DNA of 61,598 bases. Origin: Catajapyx aquilonaris. Lineage: Eukaryota. Shown piece by piece: positions 1 through 12,769 of the stretch. The notes beneath the pieces were generated by a model, which saw nothing but the letters and a program-made list of their open reading frames with translations, was not told the DNA's origin and did no database searches. A program made the position numbers and the translations under genes. Every line of letters starts with the position of its first letter. The stretch's first letter is position 1. The stretch spans positions 1 through 61,598 of the forward strand of contig JYFJ02002181.1 in assembly GCA_000934665.2 (NCBI GenBank). The letters run 5' to 3'.

Positions 1-602
1 TTTTCCCCAGAATATTTGACCCCATGACCCCTCACCCCTACCTCACACCCCCACCTCGTTCCAACTGTTTGCCCTGAAGAACTTGAGAAATGTACATGCC
101 TGGTGGGAAATTTTGTTTTCAACACTGCGTAATTTTTTTAAAAAAATCATTTTTTTTGTAGTTATTTGTGTCGGGAAGTCTAATTTCAAATCTACAAAAT
201 CCCAGAATGATCATACCATATGAACTCACGTGAGGTGGCCAATTAGCGTAATTGGCGGATGAGTTGAATAATTTACGGCGATGGGACTTGCAAAAAAAAA
301 GAGGTCCAAGATATAATAGACGCAATGCAAATGCATTACTTTGATAGGTATTGTTGCATAAGGGCATTTCCATGGGATTGCGAACTTGGGAAAAGATAAA
401 ATGTTGCTGTTGCTATAGAAGTTGATGCAATTATGTTAATTGTTGAGACCCGTGAAGTGAGAAGATTCGGGAATATGCGTGTTGTGGGAGTTAGGTTCAT
501 TTTCGGAAGCTGAAACATGCGGCATTAAATTCCTTGAAAAATGTAACCCCCGATATGCTAATTTAAGGCGGTGTAGGGGCTTTCCCCTGGATTTCTATAA
601 GG

Positions 603-640
603 GACAAACAAACAAACTCTCCTCATTTATAGATTAAGAT
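603..640 (-). mobile_element. Possible 5' end of a non-autonomous Helitron-like element
   Basis: The minus strand reads A|TCTTAATCTATAAATGAGGAGAGTTTGTTTGTTTGTC, the TC start, ATAAATG and (GTTT)n pattern seen in arthropod non-autonomous Helitrons. No matching 3' CTAG end was identified. Confidence 0.35.
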
Positions 641-1032
641 GCTAGTCTTATTATATGAATTAATCCATTTTTAAATACCGAGAACATCAAAAAGGAGAGG
701 ACAAAAAATGTTATTAATAATTGAGAAATTTTCGAAGACAATATACGCCAAATATTTTTCACCCGAAAAATTCTAATGCAGAGCGAATGCGCAGTAGACC
801 TTGAAAGTTACATGCGCGTAAATGGAAAAAGTTATTTGTGATGATTTTTTTGTATAAACAAATGACTACCTCTGCCTAGTAAAATTGCGATTCGTTGCAT
901 CAGACCTGTTTATTTCCGCCTTTGCAATTATTCTGTATCGTAAGGAAAGTCAAAGTGAGTCTGGTATGGGTGATAAAATATGACCATCACATGATGCTTT
1001 CAAGTGATAAATGGACAGACCCGATGGATATA

Positions 1033-1359
1033 CAGGGTGTTTCAACTTTTTTGTCCGAACAGTTATCGGAAAATTGCACGTAGCTGCTACTTTGTAAGCA
1101 GTGACTTGCAAACGGTGATTTTTTGGAGGAACGGGGAATATTCCCTGCGAATAGTAGGTTGAAGTGGCATATACGTGCTGCCCGCTGATAATTGAGGGTC
1201 AAGCCTGGAAAAAAAGAGGGTCACACATGCCATGGGATGTGTGACCCTCTTTTCCCCCATTCCCCATACCTTCGACAAGTTGCAAGCCACTGCTTACAAA
1301 GTAGCAGCTACGTGCAATTTTCCGATAAACTGTTCGGACAAAAAAGTTGAAACACCCTG
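1033..1359. mobile_element. Tc1/mariner-type MITE, copy 1
   Basis: About 80-bp TIRs beginning CAGGGTGTTTCAACTTTTTTGTCCGAACAG, with TA on both flanks and an internal hairpin AGAGGGTCACACAT...ATGTGTGACCCTCT. A near-identical copy lies at 5892-6221. Confidence 0.92.
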
Positions 1360-4300
1360 TATCCAGTGTTTCAAGGCGATCAAGGCTTCTCAGTCATTGG
1401 TCCACCCCTACAATCTAAAGTGACGGATCTCTCCCTATATTGCACCTACTCTTTTATTTTTCTCCCATCACCTCTGTAAATCCACAATGAATAGCAACCT
1501 CTAATACCCACAATACTCGTTGTCATCCCCGGATTTGTGAAGAAAAAAAAATCCTAGTGGAATTTGACCTGCAAAGCACAGATTTGGATCAGATGTCTCA
1601 AATGGTACTGGTGGTTTGGGGAGGAAGGTACAGTTAGAGAGAGAGGGAAAGGGAAAGGGAGAGAGAGCGGCAACAGGCAATCTGGAAGAAACAGCCCACA
1701 CGAAATGACCCGGATTCAATTATCGCTTTCAATGGAAAAGCAAAGGGACTATGGACGGGCATGGGGGAAAGAAGCAGGAGAGGGGATTCGGAGAAGAAAG
1801 CAAATTAAGGGTTGGTCTTAGAAGGAATCAGATTTGGCGAAAGAAGAGAGAACCAGAGGGGAGTTCAGCTGAAAAAAACCCCCAGAAAGATAGAAAAAAA
1901 GGGGAAATAAAAGCCATCTATACTCCCAGAGAAAGAGCTTTAGTGTCTGATTTCCTATTCGCCAATCTGCTTAGAGTTTGTATCCGGATTAATAAAGCGC
2001 CTTAATTCCATGGCTTTTATGCAAGAGGAGGCCCCGCCATCAATAAAGGATGTCCTTATGCTTTTAATTCCAAGGCCATGGAGATACATTAGGCTTCTAA
2101 TCCCTTTCACATCTTCATTTGTCTTACGCCCTTCGGGACCCTTGCGAGCTTCTCCGTATATCCGATACACTCGAAACCGGGAAAATTATATTACGCATTA
2201 CTCTAGTTTTAGTTAGGATCGGCTTAAAATTCATTCTAGATTTTTCGAGCAAAATGTATGGGTCATCCGACGTCATTCTAGGACCGACATATGGGAATTT
2301 CAGTAGGTTATTACTCTCTTTTAAACACAATAGGCAAGCAGATTATTGCGCTAAAATTTACACACTTTTACAGTGTATTTCAGCATTTAAATTTACATTC
2401 GAATTATTTATTACAATGCCCTCAGTCCTTTTGGCGTCCACATCATTGCATCACTCATTGCTCGCCTACTATATACCTTCTCATATATGTCAAGAGAAGA
2501 GTCGGCAGTCCTAACCACTTCAAATTTTGGGGGGCAGATGAATTCGAACCGATTACTCTTAAATCATTACGATAAATGATAATAATGGATAGGTCGCGAT
2601 AGACTTATTATGTGACCTTTTGAGTGGTATTTTAACTGCTTGACATTATTTATAAAATGATTGTGGGGGGCAACGGGTTCACCCCGAAAATAAGGAGAAT
2701 ATGGGGAGAACCCAATGACATCTAGCCACATGAGATGAGCTTCTATCATGCCCGGGAGTCAAACTCAGGACTGCAAAAGTGTTATATGTCATAGTTTCGC
2801 CTATCATTACTTATCAACGATATGAAATAGTTTCTGATGGACTCATGGGTAGTGGTAGTGGACCGACGAAGCAGGAACACTGCTTCGAGAACTAAAGCAA
2901 TATTTATCTGTAATCGGTAATAAGCTAAGTCAAGATTGATGCAAGAATGTTTTCGTTGAGCCATCCTATATTGCTGTACAAATGCCAAAAAAAAATGTGG
3001 GCTTGTGCATCAGAATATTAGGAAGTGACAGCCTTTGTACAGTATTTTTAAGTTGCATTTCTGGCGCAAATATGTGATGAAGTGCGGGTTGCACCATATC
3101 GGTTACATTAAAATTCTCAGATTATGAATGTAATCAGATCTTTATCAGACGGTCTGCGTGCAATTGAGAACAATGTTGGTTCGTCGAAGAGACACCGGAT
3201 AATTAATGATCTGATATTTTTAATTAGTCCGAGGAAGTGCAACCAGCCTAAGAGCCACAATGACTCGAGTCAAATGTACAAAAATCTTGTATGACATATC
3301 ATAAATAAGTAATAAGTTACGATATTCTATGCTATTATAAATGATAATGTATATTTAAATGTTACAACATAGAACATAATTATGAAGTTTGTTTTAAGCA
3401 CGATGTTGAGTTAGTTTATCTAGGCAGCCAAATGATTATATACCATATATTGCACTAGTTAATTAATTTTGAGCAGTCATTAATAATTATTTCAGCTAAG
3501 CAACTTAAATTAATTCTTTCCTATAAACAGCATTTTTGAGAACCTCTCGGAACGCTCTTTCGTATGGTAAAAAAACAAAAACAAAACAAAAAAGTGTCTC
3601 ATTCGCGCGTCAAAATCGCTGCATGGGCGGAATATACCCACTGTTCTTTTCATATATGCAAGCGCCTCAGTTTGGACCCAAGTCTGGCAAATACGGATTG
3701 ATTAAAAATTCATAACATAGTCCATATCACCACAAAGCCTGATTAAAGAAATAACAAATAATATGTCCATGAGAATGAACAAAATTCGAGAAAAACATGT
3801 TTTGCGGCAAAATATCAGCATTTTTATAAGGCACCTGCAATGTTAAACTTTGCGGTTTATTTTCCTGTATAGCATGTCGAAAGAAAATTATTCATGTGTC
3901 TCTAGACAGTCTCTAATAGACGTCTATAGAGAGATATAAGAAATATGAAAAGTGAAATTGCACTAATTACTTACTTTGAGATTTGGGAGGGTCTTCAACT
4001 AAACCACTGCAGTTGTGGGAACTTAGCATTTAGGTTCCTACCGATGCAAAAATAAGTGCAATAATGATATGGCAAGGTAGTTATTCCGATTGCATTGTTG
4101 GCGGGAAAGTAGGTGGATATTAGGGGTTGACGCGTCACTCAGCCATCGACAAAAACGAACCCCTTGATTATGACGTAATTCAGGAGAGTGTCTGTGGGCT
4201 CAGTTATACCCAGTTTTTCCCCCTCGGGGACATACTTTTGTTTCTAATGACACTCTGCCTTAAATACAACGAGCATTAGTGTTATTAAACCGGAGCAATT

Positions 4301-5891
4301 AGTAACACATTCTCGCTTGTGACACTCGTATACGCGTATTTTGAATTTCAGGAAAGAAATTTCGTTTGAAGAATAAAGATATGCAGGGTGATATACGTGA
4401 TGCCTATGATGCCAATTTTATCCTATAGTGTTAGGGTCGGTTAGGGTGATAGGCTTTTTGCACCTCAGAATGATAGCAATGCGCGTCCATGCATGGACAC
4501 ACCTACACACTCACACACCCCACACATCGACACACAAAACACTTCGTGCTGAATTTCCCTTCGGACTTATGTCACGTAGGCGATTATTTTCATGGCCCGG
4601 AAGTGGAGGCCGTGTAATTACTACGCCGATGACTGCCTCGATACGAAAACTGCGGAGCTTTCCATTTTTATGGCGGAATCCAATATGCCGTAAAAGGACT
4701 ACGCCGACGACCGAACACTATGCGCGATATTATTTTCCGACGCCTTTTGTTAATAAAATTGAAGCTGTATAAAATACCCAGGGTTCCTTTTACCATAATA
4801 AATCGTCGGTATGTATCATAAGAACCAAGTAATCGTGTACTGTATATAGGTCATTATTATTTACATGCAGTACCGGTACAGGAAATTGGCTCACTCGATT
4901 CATCTCAATCTCAGTAATAAGTGTACATTTTAAAGCGTCGAATTAACACTTTTATTGCGTTTTCTAAGAGGTTTAAAAACCCTTCGAGTCCGACATCTTC
5001 GGCTGAAAATTAAATGAGATATTTGATTAAGTTTTTTTGTTCAGCACTAATTCTGGCGCAAAATTGGCATAATTGCCAACTTAATGCTTTAAAAACTTCT
5101 ATTCATTCCTCGGCACAGAAAGGGTAAATTCATCCACAGGGGATACCAACATGGCCTGCTAAGAAGTGCAGCTATCTCCAAAACGATCGAAACAAATTAA
5201 TCCACGTCCCTCCCCGCCACCCCTTCCCACCATCCTTTTTTTTAAAGTGTTGTACAACGTACATAAAAACCGGGCTCGTCTTATGAAAAAGACGCATTAC
5301 CTCGGATTAATCTGCAACCAAGCCCAAGACTACACCGCATTAGCTATTGAAAAACCTTACCCCCAGAGTTACCCCCCACCCTCCTTCCCCTACTCCTCCC
5401 ACCGCATTTTCCACTTCCCTACCCATTTTCTGGGGGCAGCCAAACGTGTCCTAATTAATATTTAAGCGGACATTTTTAGTCCGGGTAAGAGTAGGGTGAG
5501 GTAGAATGACTAGCCCTCCTTCACTTCACAGGGGGTCTTTCAGTATGCACTCCACGAGAATCCGGAGAACCCCGAACGACTCATCACTTTTTCCCAAAGA
5601 TCCGGAAGGGGGTAAGGGAACCATTAGGGTTTCATGAACACGAATTTCTCCTAAAGAAACTTTATATCATAAATATTAGACGATATAGTACCTGTCGTGT
5701 CAGTGGTCAGCCCACTGTTTCATAATTCGCGATACATGTAGGTTAGGTGAGAGGGAAGTATCTTGAGGAAATGACGTCAAAGATTGTGAGGGTTGACCCC
5801 GTAAGGTCAGTGAGGGTGTCAGAACGGCATTTACCCATCTTTTTGTAAATTGTCCGTCCTTGTGCGCCGTCTGGTGGGGAAATATTGTATA

Positions 5892-6221
5892 CAGGGTGTT
5901 TCAACTTTTTTGTCCGAACAGTTATCGGAAAATTGCACGTATCTGCTACTTTGTAAGCAGTGACTTGCAACCAGTGATTTGTCGCAGGAATGGGGATTGG
6001 GGAAAAATAGGGTCACACATCCCATGGATTGTGTGACCCTCTGTTTTCCAGGCTTGACCCTCAATTTTCAGCGGGCAGCACGTATGCCACTTCAACCTAC
6101 GATTCGCGGGGAATATTCCCCGTTCCTCCGAAAAATCACCGTTTGCAAGTCATTGCTTACACAGTAGCAGCTACGTGCAATTTTCCGATAACTGTTCGGA
6201 CAAAAAAGTTGAAACACCCTG
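5892..6221. mobile_element. Tc1/mariner-type MITE, copy 2 (opposite orientation to copy 1)
   Basis: Same TIRs and TA flanks. The internal region is the reverse complement of copy 1 with few differences. Confidence 0.92.
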
Positions 6222-6223
6222 TA

Positions 6224-6465
6224 TAAGGAGCAGGGCTGTTGAGTTAGCTCTCTTATGCTTCTCTCCTGCTTAGTTGTAACCTCAGAGCAATAGACGTGTT
6301 GTTGTCCCCAGTCCGGAGTTTCACTTACTGAACCCATGAGCTAGCCAGGTAGTCGGTACCGACGTATGGGCCGACAAGGGTCGTGGTCGTGGTCCAATAA
6401 TATGGATACAGGTTCAGGACAACCCATTAGGCCAGCCTGGAGTCGGGCCATCTCACTACTCCTTA
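6224..6465. mobile_element. Candidate short MITE abutting MITE copy 2
   Basis: Inverted ends TGTATAAGGAGCAG (6220-6233) and CTACTCCTTATACA (6456-6469) match at 13/14 positions, in a TA context. Only one copy is present. Confidence 0.35.
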
Positions 6466-6704
6466 TACAAAAGAGACCTCTCACTCAGACGCCGCCACTG
6501 TCATCTAGTGATGGGGCGTCACAAGCTATTGGGTTTCCCAATTTCTTTTGTTGGCTACCCCAAAAAATTGTCTTGTAAAATTTGCGACCAACTATATGTG
6601 CACATTTCGATTCGCCAACATGAAAAGACAGATAAACAGTGAAATGACCTTTCCTTATGGTCATAATTTTCAAGAAAGATAGCATGATTTTGTGACTGCC
6701 TCCA

Positions 6705-6749
6705 TCGCGACCCCAAATGGGGTCGCGACCCACAATTTGGGAAGCACTG
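6705..6749. mobile_element. hAT (Charlie-like) MITE terminus
   Basis: Subterminal hairpin TCGCGACCCC-AAAT-GGGGTCGCGA followed by CCCACAATTTGGGAAGCACTG, the reverse complement of a CAGTG.TTCCCAAA-type TIR. A related end lies at 46347-46390. Confidence 0.6.
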
Positions 6750-9120
6750 TTTTAGTACCTTAAAAGTCAATATAGGCCTGACTCACTGCCACCATATCAA
6801 AATGGCAGCTTGCCCTTAAAATGGCGGCCATTTTCCCCGCCACTTTCCCCCCATAACGACAACTTCAAATGCATTATCCGTCACGACAATAAAGGCCAAA
6901 TTCCCAAACCCGTACCATTACCCCTCGATTGTTCCCACTCGGCAGAAATTCAGGTTGGCACATAAATTCCTACGCCAGAACCCCCCTCCAATTGTAACTG
7001 TCTCCTTCCCTCCCCTCTTAGCCCCTCCCCACCTTCTTTTTCCTGGCGCGTTTCTTTCAAACGACATTGTCTCCGGGGTGCAATTTGAGTGTAATATCAC
7101 GCACCAGGCGCTGCGCCGAAAAACGGAGCACTGCGAAGATGTGCTAGGGGTGGAAGAGCAAACAACAACAACAACAAGGTGGATCGTTCTCATAAAAACC
7201 AGGGAAAAATAAAGCCCACTCATTTGTATTGACTTCCCTCCCTACTGCTTCCCATTTAACTTTTGGATTTATGGCGCGGTTGTGTATAAATCAGCCATGA
7301 GAGGTTGGGTTCATACCCACAGAAGGTCTTTTTCCCGTTACATGGAGAGGGAGGTCCATGGGAGGGGAAGGGGGGGGGGGGAGTTGCTAGGCCACACGCA
7401 GCCTAGGCCAGAGTCTGATGACAGCGGGTTCCGCCGATAAAACCCTCATAAAAGCTGAAAAGCCCGGAGAAACGGGGCATGGAGGAAATGCCTTTTTCCC
7501 GGAGACTCCCCCGGATTTTCCTAGGGAGCCCCGGATGAATATGGATGGGATCAACTACGGATCTTTCTTTTGCCCGCCCCAAATGCGGTTGAAAGGGAAA
7601 ATTATATCCCACCCTCCATTTATAGCAGGGACAAAAAGCATCAGGGAACAAACAGACATATTTCTAAGTTATTTTTCACTAAATTCGCCATTTATTGGCT
7701 ACTCCATCTTTGGGACAATGCCGTGAAGATATGTATGTATACGTATGTATTATTATTTAGGATAGAATGTGATTGATGAACAACATGAGTTTATTGCAAT
7801 TGTGAATGGTTCATTTTAAAATTAAGACCAAAATTTTGTAAACGTAAATTAAAATACTGTAACTGTCTTGATATAGGACATTGTTGATAAGATAAAAATT
7901 ATCGATATAAATTTTATCGTTTAAAAGTGAAAAAACGAGTTGATTATATTCTCCTGGAATTGTGCATGACGTTTTAGTTATTCTGTCCATAGACCGATAG
8001 CCTACCGAAAGGTTTTTTTTTTCACTATTTCTAAGAATAACGATACTGTTCTCGGACTTGGCGGCTTAAGCTCATAATTTTCTCAATTATAATGTAGTAG
8101 GGCGATCCAAGTGTAGCGCACGAGAGCGGGTAGAAAATAATGCAAGGTGTGTCAAGGCATGTTTCAAGTAGCGTATTACGTATATCGCATGTTTACGGAG
8201 ATGTGGAGTGAAAGACGTTGCGTGAAGAATCTTAGCACGAACCTCGACGTACAAGGATAAGTGAAACAATTCTTAAGGCAATCCTCACAAGAGCTAAAAA
8301 GGGTCATCCATAAAGTAGTACGTCACACTGGTGGTATCTATCTCGTCGATTGAGCAAAAGAGGAAGTGTGACATCATTCTCAAAAAAAAAATTTTTAACA
8401 TTTACGTACTGTGTATGCATATACATTACCTCTATGTCAAGTGCATTCACGTACGGAATTTTTTATTAGATTATTAACAGAAAATTCCATACTACGGAGG
8501 GAATACGCATCTGTATAGGTGTAATGTGTACAGTACATTAGAAGTGATATATTGAATTTCCGCGTGTCTTTTAAACAGTGTCGTCATCCCCTATGCACTT
8601 TGGGGACGTCAATGGTTCAGGTCATGCCCTCGTCGTACGGTGACGTCACCTGATGAACCCATCACCGTAATCGCCCTGAATTACGTGATAGACAAACTAT
8701 GCAGCTATGATTATTCCGGGGCGAACCAAAACATCATCGCCAGCACTCTTATTCCCTTCGCACATGAAACATCCCCCTCCCCCCCATCCCGGCCTATCCC
8801 TCCCCTCCCTCCCACTATACCGCCACCACCCCTGCCTCCCACCTCCCAAAAGCGCACCCACCCTTTTTGGGCCCCGCAGATCATTAACTACCTTTCGCTT
8901 AATTAGAAATTCCCTCGACGCCACTGCCACCGCTTCGATGGGAGTTACCATTTCCCTGCATTTTATTCCGTATGCGCCCTTTCTCTTGCGTTTTTACCGC
9001 CATCAGTATAGTCAGAATGTCCCGAAACTCAACTGTAAGAATCATCAGCGACATGTTGAAAATCTCGAATTTATTTTGATCTTAGTCAATCTTATTTTCT
9101 TTTCGAGTTATAGACATGGG

Positions 9121-9229
9121 GTGGAATTTTGGCCATACTGATAGTCCCTGCTAAGTTAGCAGTAGCCTACCATTGCCAACACTAGTAATGCTAAATTAGC
9201 AGTAACTCTCAGTGGGACGAAAATTCCAC
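9121..9229. repeat. Small inverted-repeat element with internal TTAGCAGTA repeats
   Basis: Imperfect inverted ends GTGGAATTTTGGCCATACTG / CAGTGGGACGAAAATTCCAC. Shares terminal and internal motifs with 41564-41629. Confidence 0.5.
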
Positions 9230-12200
9230 ATATGTTATATATGATTAAGAAGATTGCCGTGACTGACTTCATCTGCAGAACTGTCCCATTATTCAGTGTT
9301 ACTGTACAGTTTTACGGAGAGCTTCTAAATCAACTATTATATCGTCGAGATGTGCCACAACTCGACGATATAATAATGTATTACGGTAATAATTCGCAAT
9401 ACATAGTGGGTACAATGTTGTCACATCTTACACATTGTCAATGAGTGTTTCTAAAATGACATATGCATAGCCTACTGATTGTAGCAATAACTATGAATCG
9501 GATATTGTAGTAGTAATGTTGGCAAATTGATTCAGCTTATAAACACTAGTAACGTAGTCCCACGCGTCTGACCATCTGACTTGCACATACAGTAGTGTTG
9601 TAGGTCCACTATACCTGACGTGCTCTAAACTTAGCTGGGGTTGGCTGTTTATGCGAAAGAGCTGTAGCAGCAAAGGCGGACGCCGGCGGTTCTGCTATAA
9701 TGAAATGGAATCAGGCTTATTACATTAATTACCCTCAGAGTTATTCCGAGTACGAGCACAACGGCTGAACACGGTCGGTACACACACGCACTCACTGCGC
9801 CCACTGATGCATAATAACGCCGGGAAAAGCAGCGGTAGGGACTTCCAAAGCTCGCACATACACGTGCATAATGATATTCTGTATACTCGCATCTCGATTT
9901 TTATGCGAGGCCCACACGTTATACACAACTTCACTAAGCTAAAAAAAACACAAACCAAAAATAGGCCTGACTTAACCTTCCGTATAGTGTAATATACCAC
10001 ATTTTTATGAAACGCTATCGTTGCGAGTATAGACCTCCACCTACCCACCCACACACGTATACATACACAAACCTATGATTATTCGCTCTCCGACTAAGTT
10101 AGATAGAATCTGGAGGAAAAGGGAGAGCGGGCGATTGAAATGGAATATATTTTCTATGCACGGCTTACGAACCGTGTCCAATTATTTTGCTTTCCGATCA
10201 AACCTCATTTCGTTTTTCTCTTGTTTGCTTCCCTGCTGTTTGAGACTCATACGATCAACCAACTACTTCTGGGATAATATTCGCTGTATGTTGGTAGGCC
10301 CGATCGAAATCCATTCAGCCATGTTTGGTTTCGAATTGCTGCTGCTGTGCACCGACAGTAATAGAAACTTGGAATGGAGATTGAACTGCATATAAGCAGC
10401 CAAGATATAGGGGATAGGGTATGGTACCAGATGATCAAAGTGAAATGTGCTAAAATTAAACTTCGCGGATATCGTCATTTTGTGTCGTTTTTTTTCGTGC
10501 GTTTCAATATGATTTTTTTTTTTGAAGCGGACATTTCTGTACTCTGTTGTAAACTGGCTTCAACATCAAAAAATAAGGTGCAGGTAATCACACCCGGACT
10601 CAAAAATACATACAAAGCTGGTACTGTACACCGAGAAATAATTTAACACTCCAAAAATACTTCCCCTCCCAATTTATAAAAACGGCTCCACAGTTTATTA
10701 ACATTTGCAGGACGCAAACTGTATCCTAAATCTGCCTACATACTTATACACCATTCATTCAAACCTCTTCTTAGCTTAGAAACAAAAAAAAAACAATCTT
10801 TTTGTTATTCTTTTTCCCCCGCCAAATAATGCAAGTTTAATCTGAATCAGTTGAGGCGGTGATCGAGAAGTTGACAAATGCTGACCGTGATTCCAGCAAA
10901 CCCGTATTATGTCAACATTAGCCACACGATGAACCGAGCCCCATACATTCTTAAACAATTCCTGTATATTTCATGAAGACGAGAAGCTCGTTATTGAAGG
11001 GCGGCGGAGAAGAGCTTGCGGGTGGGTGGGGAGTGGGGGAAGGTGGGGAGGGATAAGGTAGTAAGGGGATGGGGTGTAGGTAAAGGGGGGGGGGGGTCTT
11101 GTGTTTAAACGAAGGCAAAGGAAACTTTGCACAAGACGAAGGAAAGACCAGGGTTTATAAATAGATACCCCGGCACCGTAGGTAGGTGGAAACGGAAGAG
11201 GCACAACTTGACGGCTTGCTTGTCCTGTGTGCTTGTTTCGCCCGCACAAATGTCATTTCACCACCCCCCTCTCACCTTCCTCCCCTTTCCTCCCACACTT
11301 TCCCTAGGCTCATTTGGGAATACGGGTCTCCTTGGCACCATCCTACCCGTATTATACGGAACTCCTGCCAAGCTTCCCAAGGATGCAAAGTCCGGGTGTC
11401 ATTTGGCAAGGAGGGAACCAACCAAGGGAGAATAACTTTCTAGGGCGGAACGATCAGGATGGAGTAGTGCAGGCCAGAAATGGAATAGTTGGGTGTACGT
11501 GTGAGAGGATTCGGTCGCACTATTTTACCCAATTATATTTACAATGAAGGCCACAAAAAGCGCTCTAAAGGATTTCAACCAATGAACAGTGAAATTCATG
11601 GAAGACGGTACAATATTATTGTGAAAGTAAAGGCATTTTCAATAATTCATATCGATGGCCAAGAGTACGTAGTTAATATTGTAGCTCTAATAAATACAAA
11701 CATCTAATAATATGGAGTCGAAAATTGAATATTACTAGCTAACATTTCTTTGAGCCTTCTGTAAATGTCCATTTTGTGACTTGCAATATATTATTCTTGT
11801 GTAGTACGCTTAGCCATCGATATATTGAAATGCGGAGAGGAAGGTTTGATTATTGACTGCGAGACTTGGATGAAAAATTAATTTCGTGCTTCTTTCTGAC
11901 AAATCTAATGTAAACATGCATGGTGGATTTTAGGTTTGGAATGTATTGTTACAAATTAACGACTATCACAAAACTAATATCTGTAGCGTTTGTCATCAGC
12001 AGATTACAGGTTCTACAGTACAAGTTGCTTAAGAAACAACTCGGTACAATGAATTAGATCCCGGTTGCCGAATTCCGGATAATTCGTAGGTTAATTAAAG
12101 GTTAGTCGTCCGTAAAATAATAATAAAAATATTCCTCAACAGATGTAACGTACTTAAAGTCTACTTTAAGATCTACAGGACATATAGAGAAGTCCTAACC

Positions 12201-12733
12201 AATATTATGTAATTATTACTTCCAAGTTTACCTTACAAAGACAAAAAGACGATACTCAAAAGAAGTGTAATTTGTATCTCTCTTCCGTACACCACGGCTG
12301 TAGCGGTTTCGCTCATTGCTTATTTAATTTAGCATTTGTATTTATCATGTACCATGCAATGTTATTCAATTATGTGTTCCAGATGTCAACTTCAACTAGT
12401 GATATACAAATAGATGTTAACTAACTTGTGTCTAGCAGCAGAACATCAGTGAAGAAACCTTGCAGCAAATTTTGAAAATCTCCGAGAACACTTCAATGAC
12501 AATACCATTTTTCGTAATCGTCATGGGAGCGTTCAATGCGATGTTGGGTGGATAAATTCTTAATTCATATGCATTTCTTAGCCACATACACATTTGACGA
12601 AAACCACTAGTGAGATATTCATATTACCCCATAACCTGTAGAGTATGCAATACTTTTTTCTCTTGTATATACTGTAAAAATGAAGAATTGATGATTTGCA
12701 ACACTGTAACTACGCTTTTCTCGTTTATACCAG

Positions 12734-12769
12734 ATCACCAACCGATACGGATCGACAGCCCCTTGCATG
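12734..12769 (+). CDS. Candidate 36-nt cassette micro-exon of the POU4 gene (ITNRYGSTAPCM in phase 0)
   Basis: Strong acceptor (cttttctcgtttataccag|) and strong donor (ATG|gtaaga). Length is a multiple of 3, it is stop-free in phase 0, and it is compatible with the phase-0 exon at 21564. No homology evidence. Confidence 0.45.

Noticed and set aside
4428..4760. TTAGGG-like words and repeated ACGCCGA motifs
   Set aside because: Too short and degenerate for a telomeric array. It is probably an old TE remnant, but no termini could be defined.
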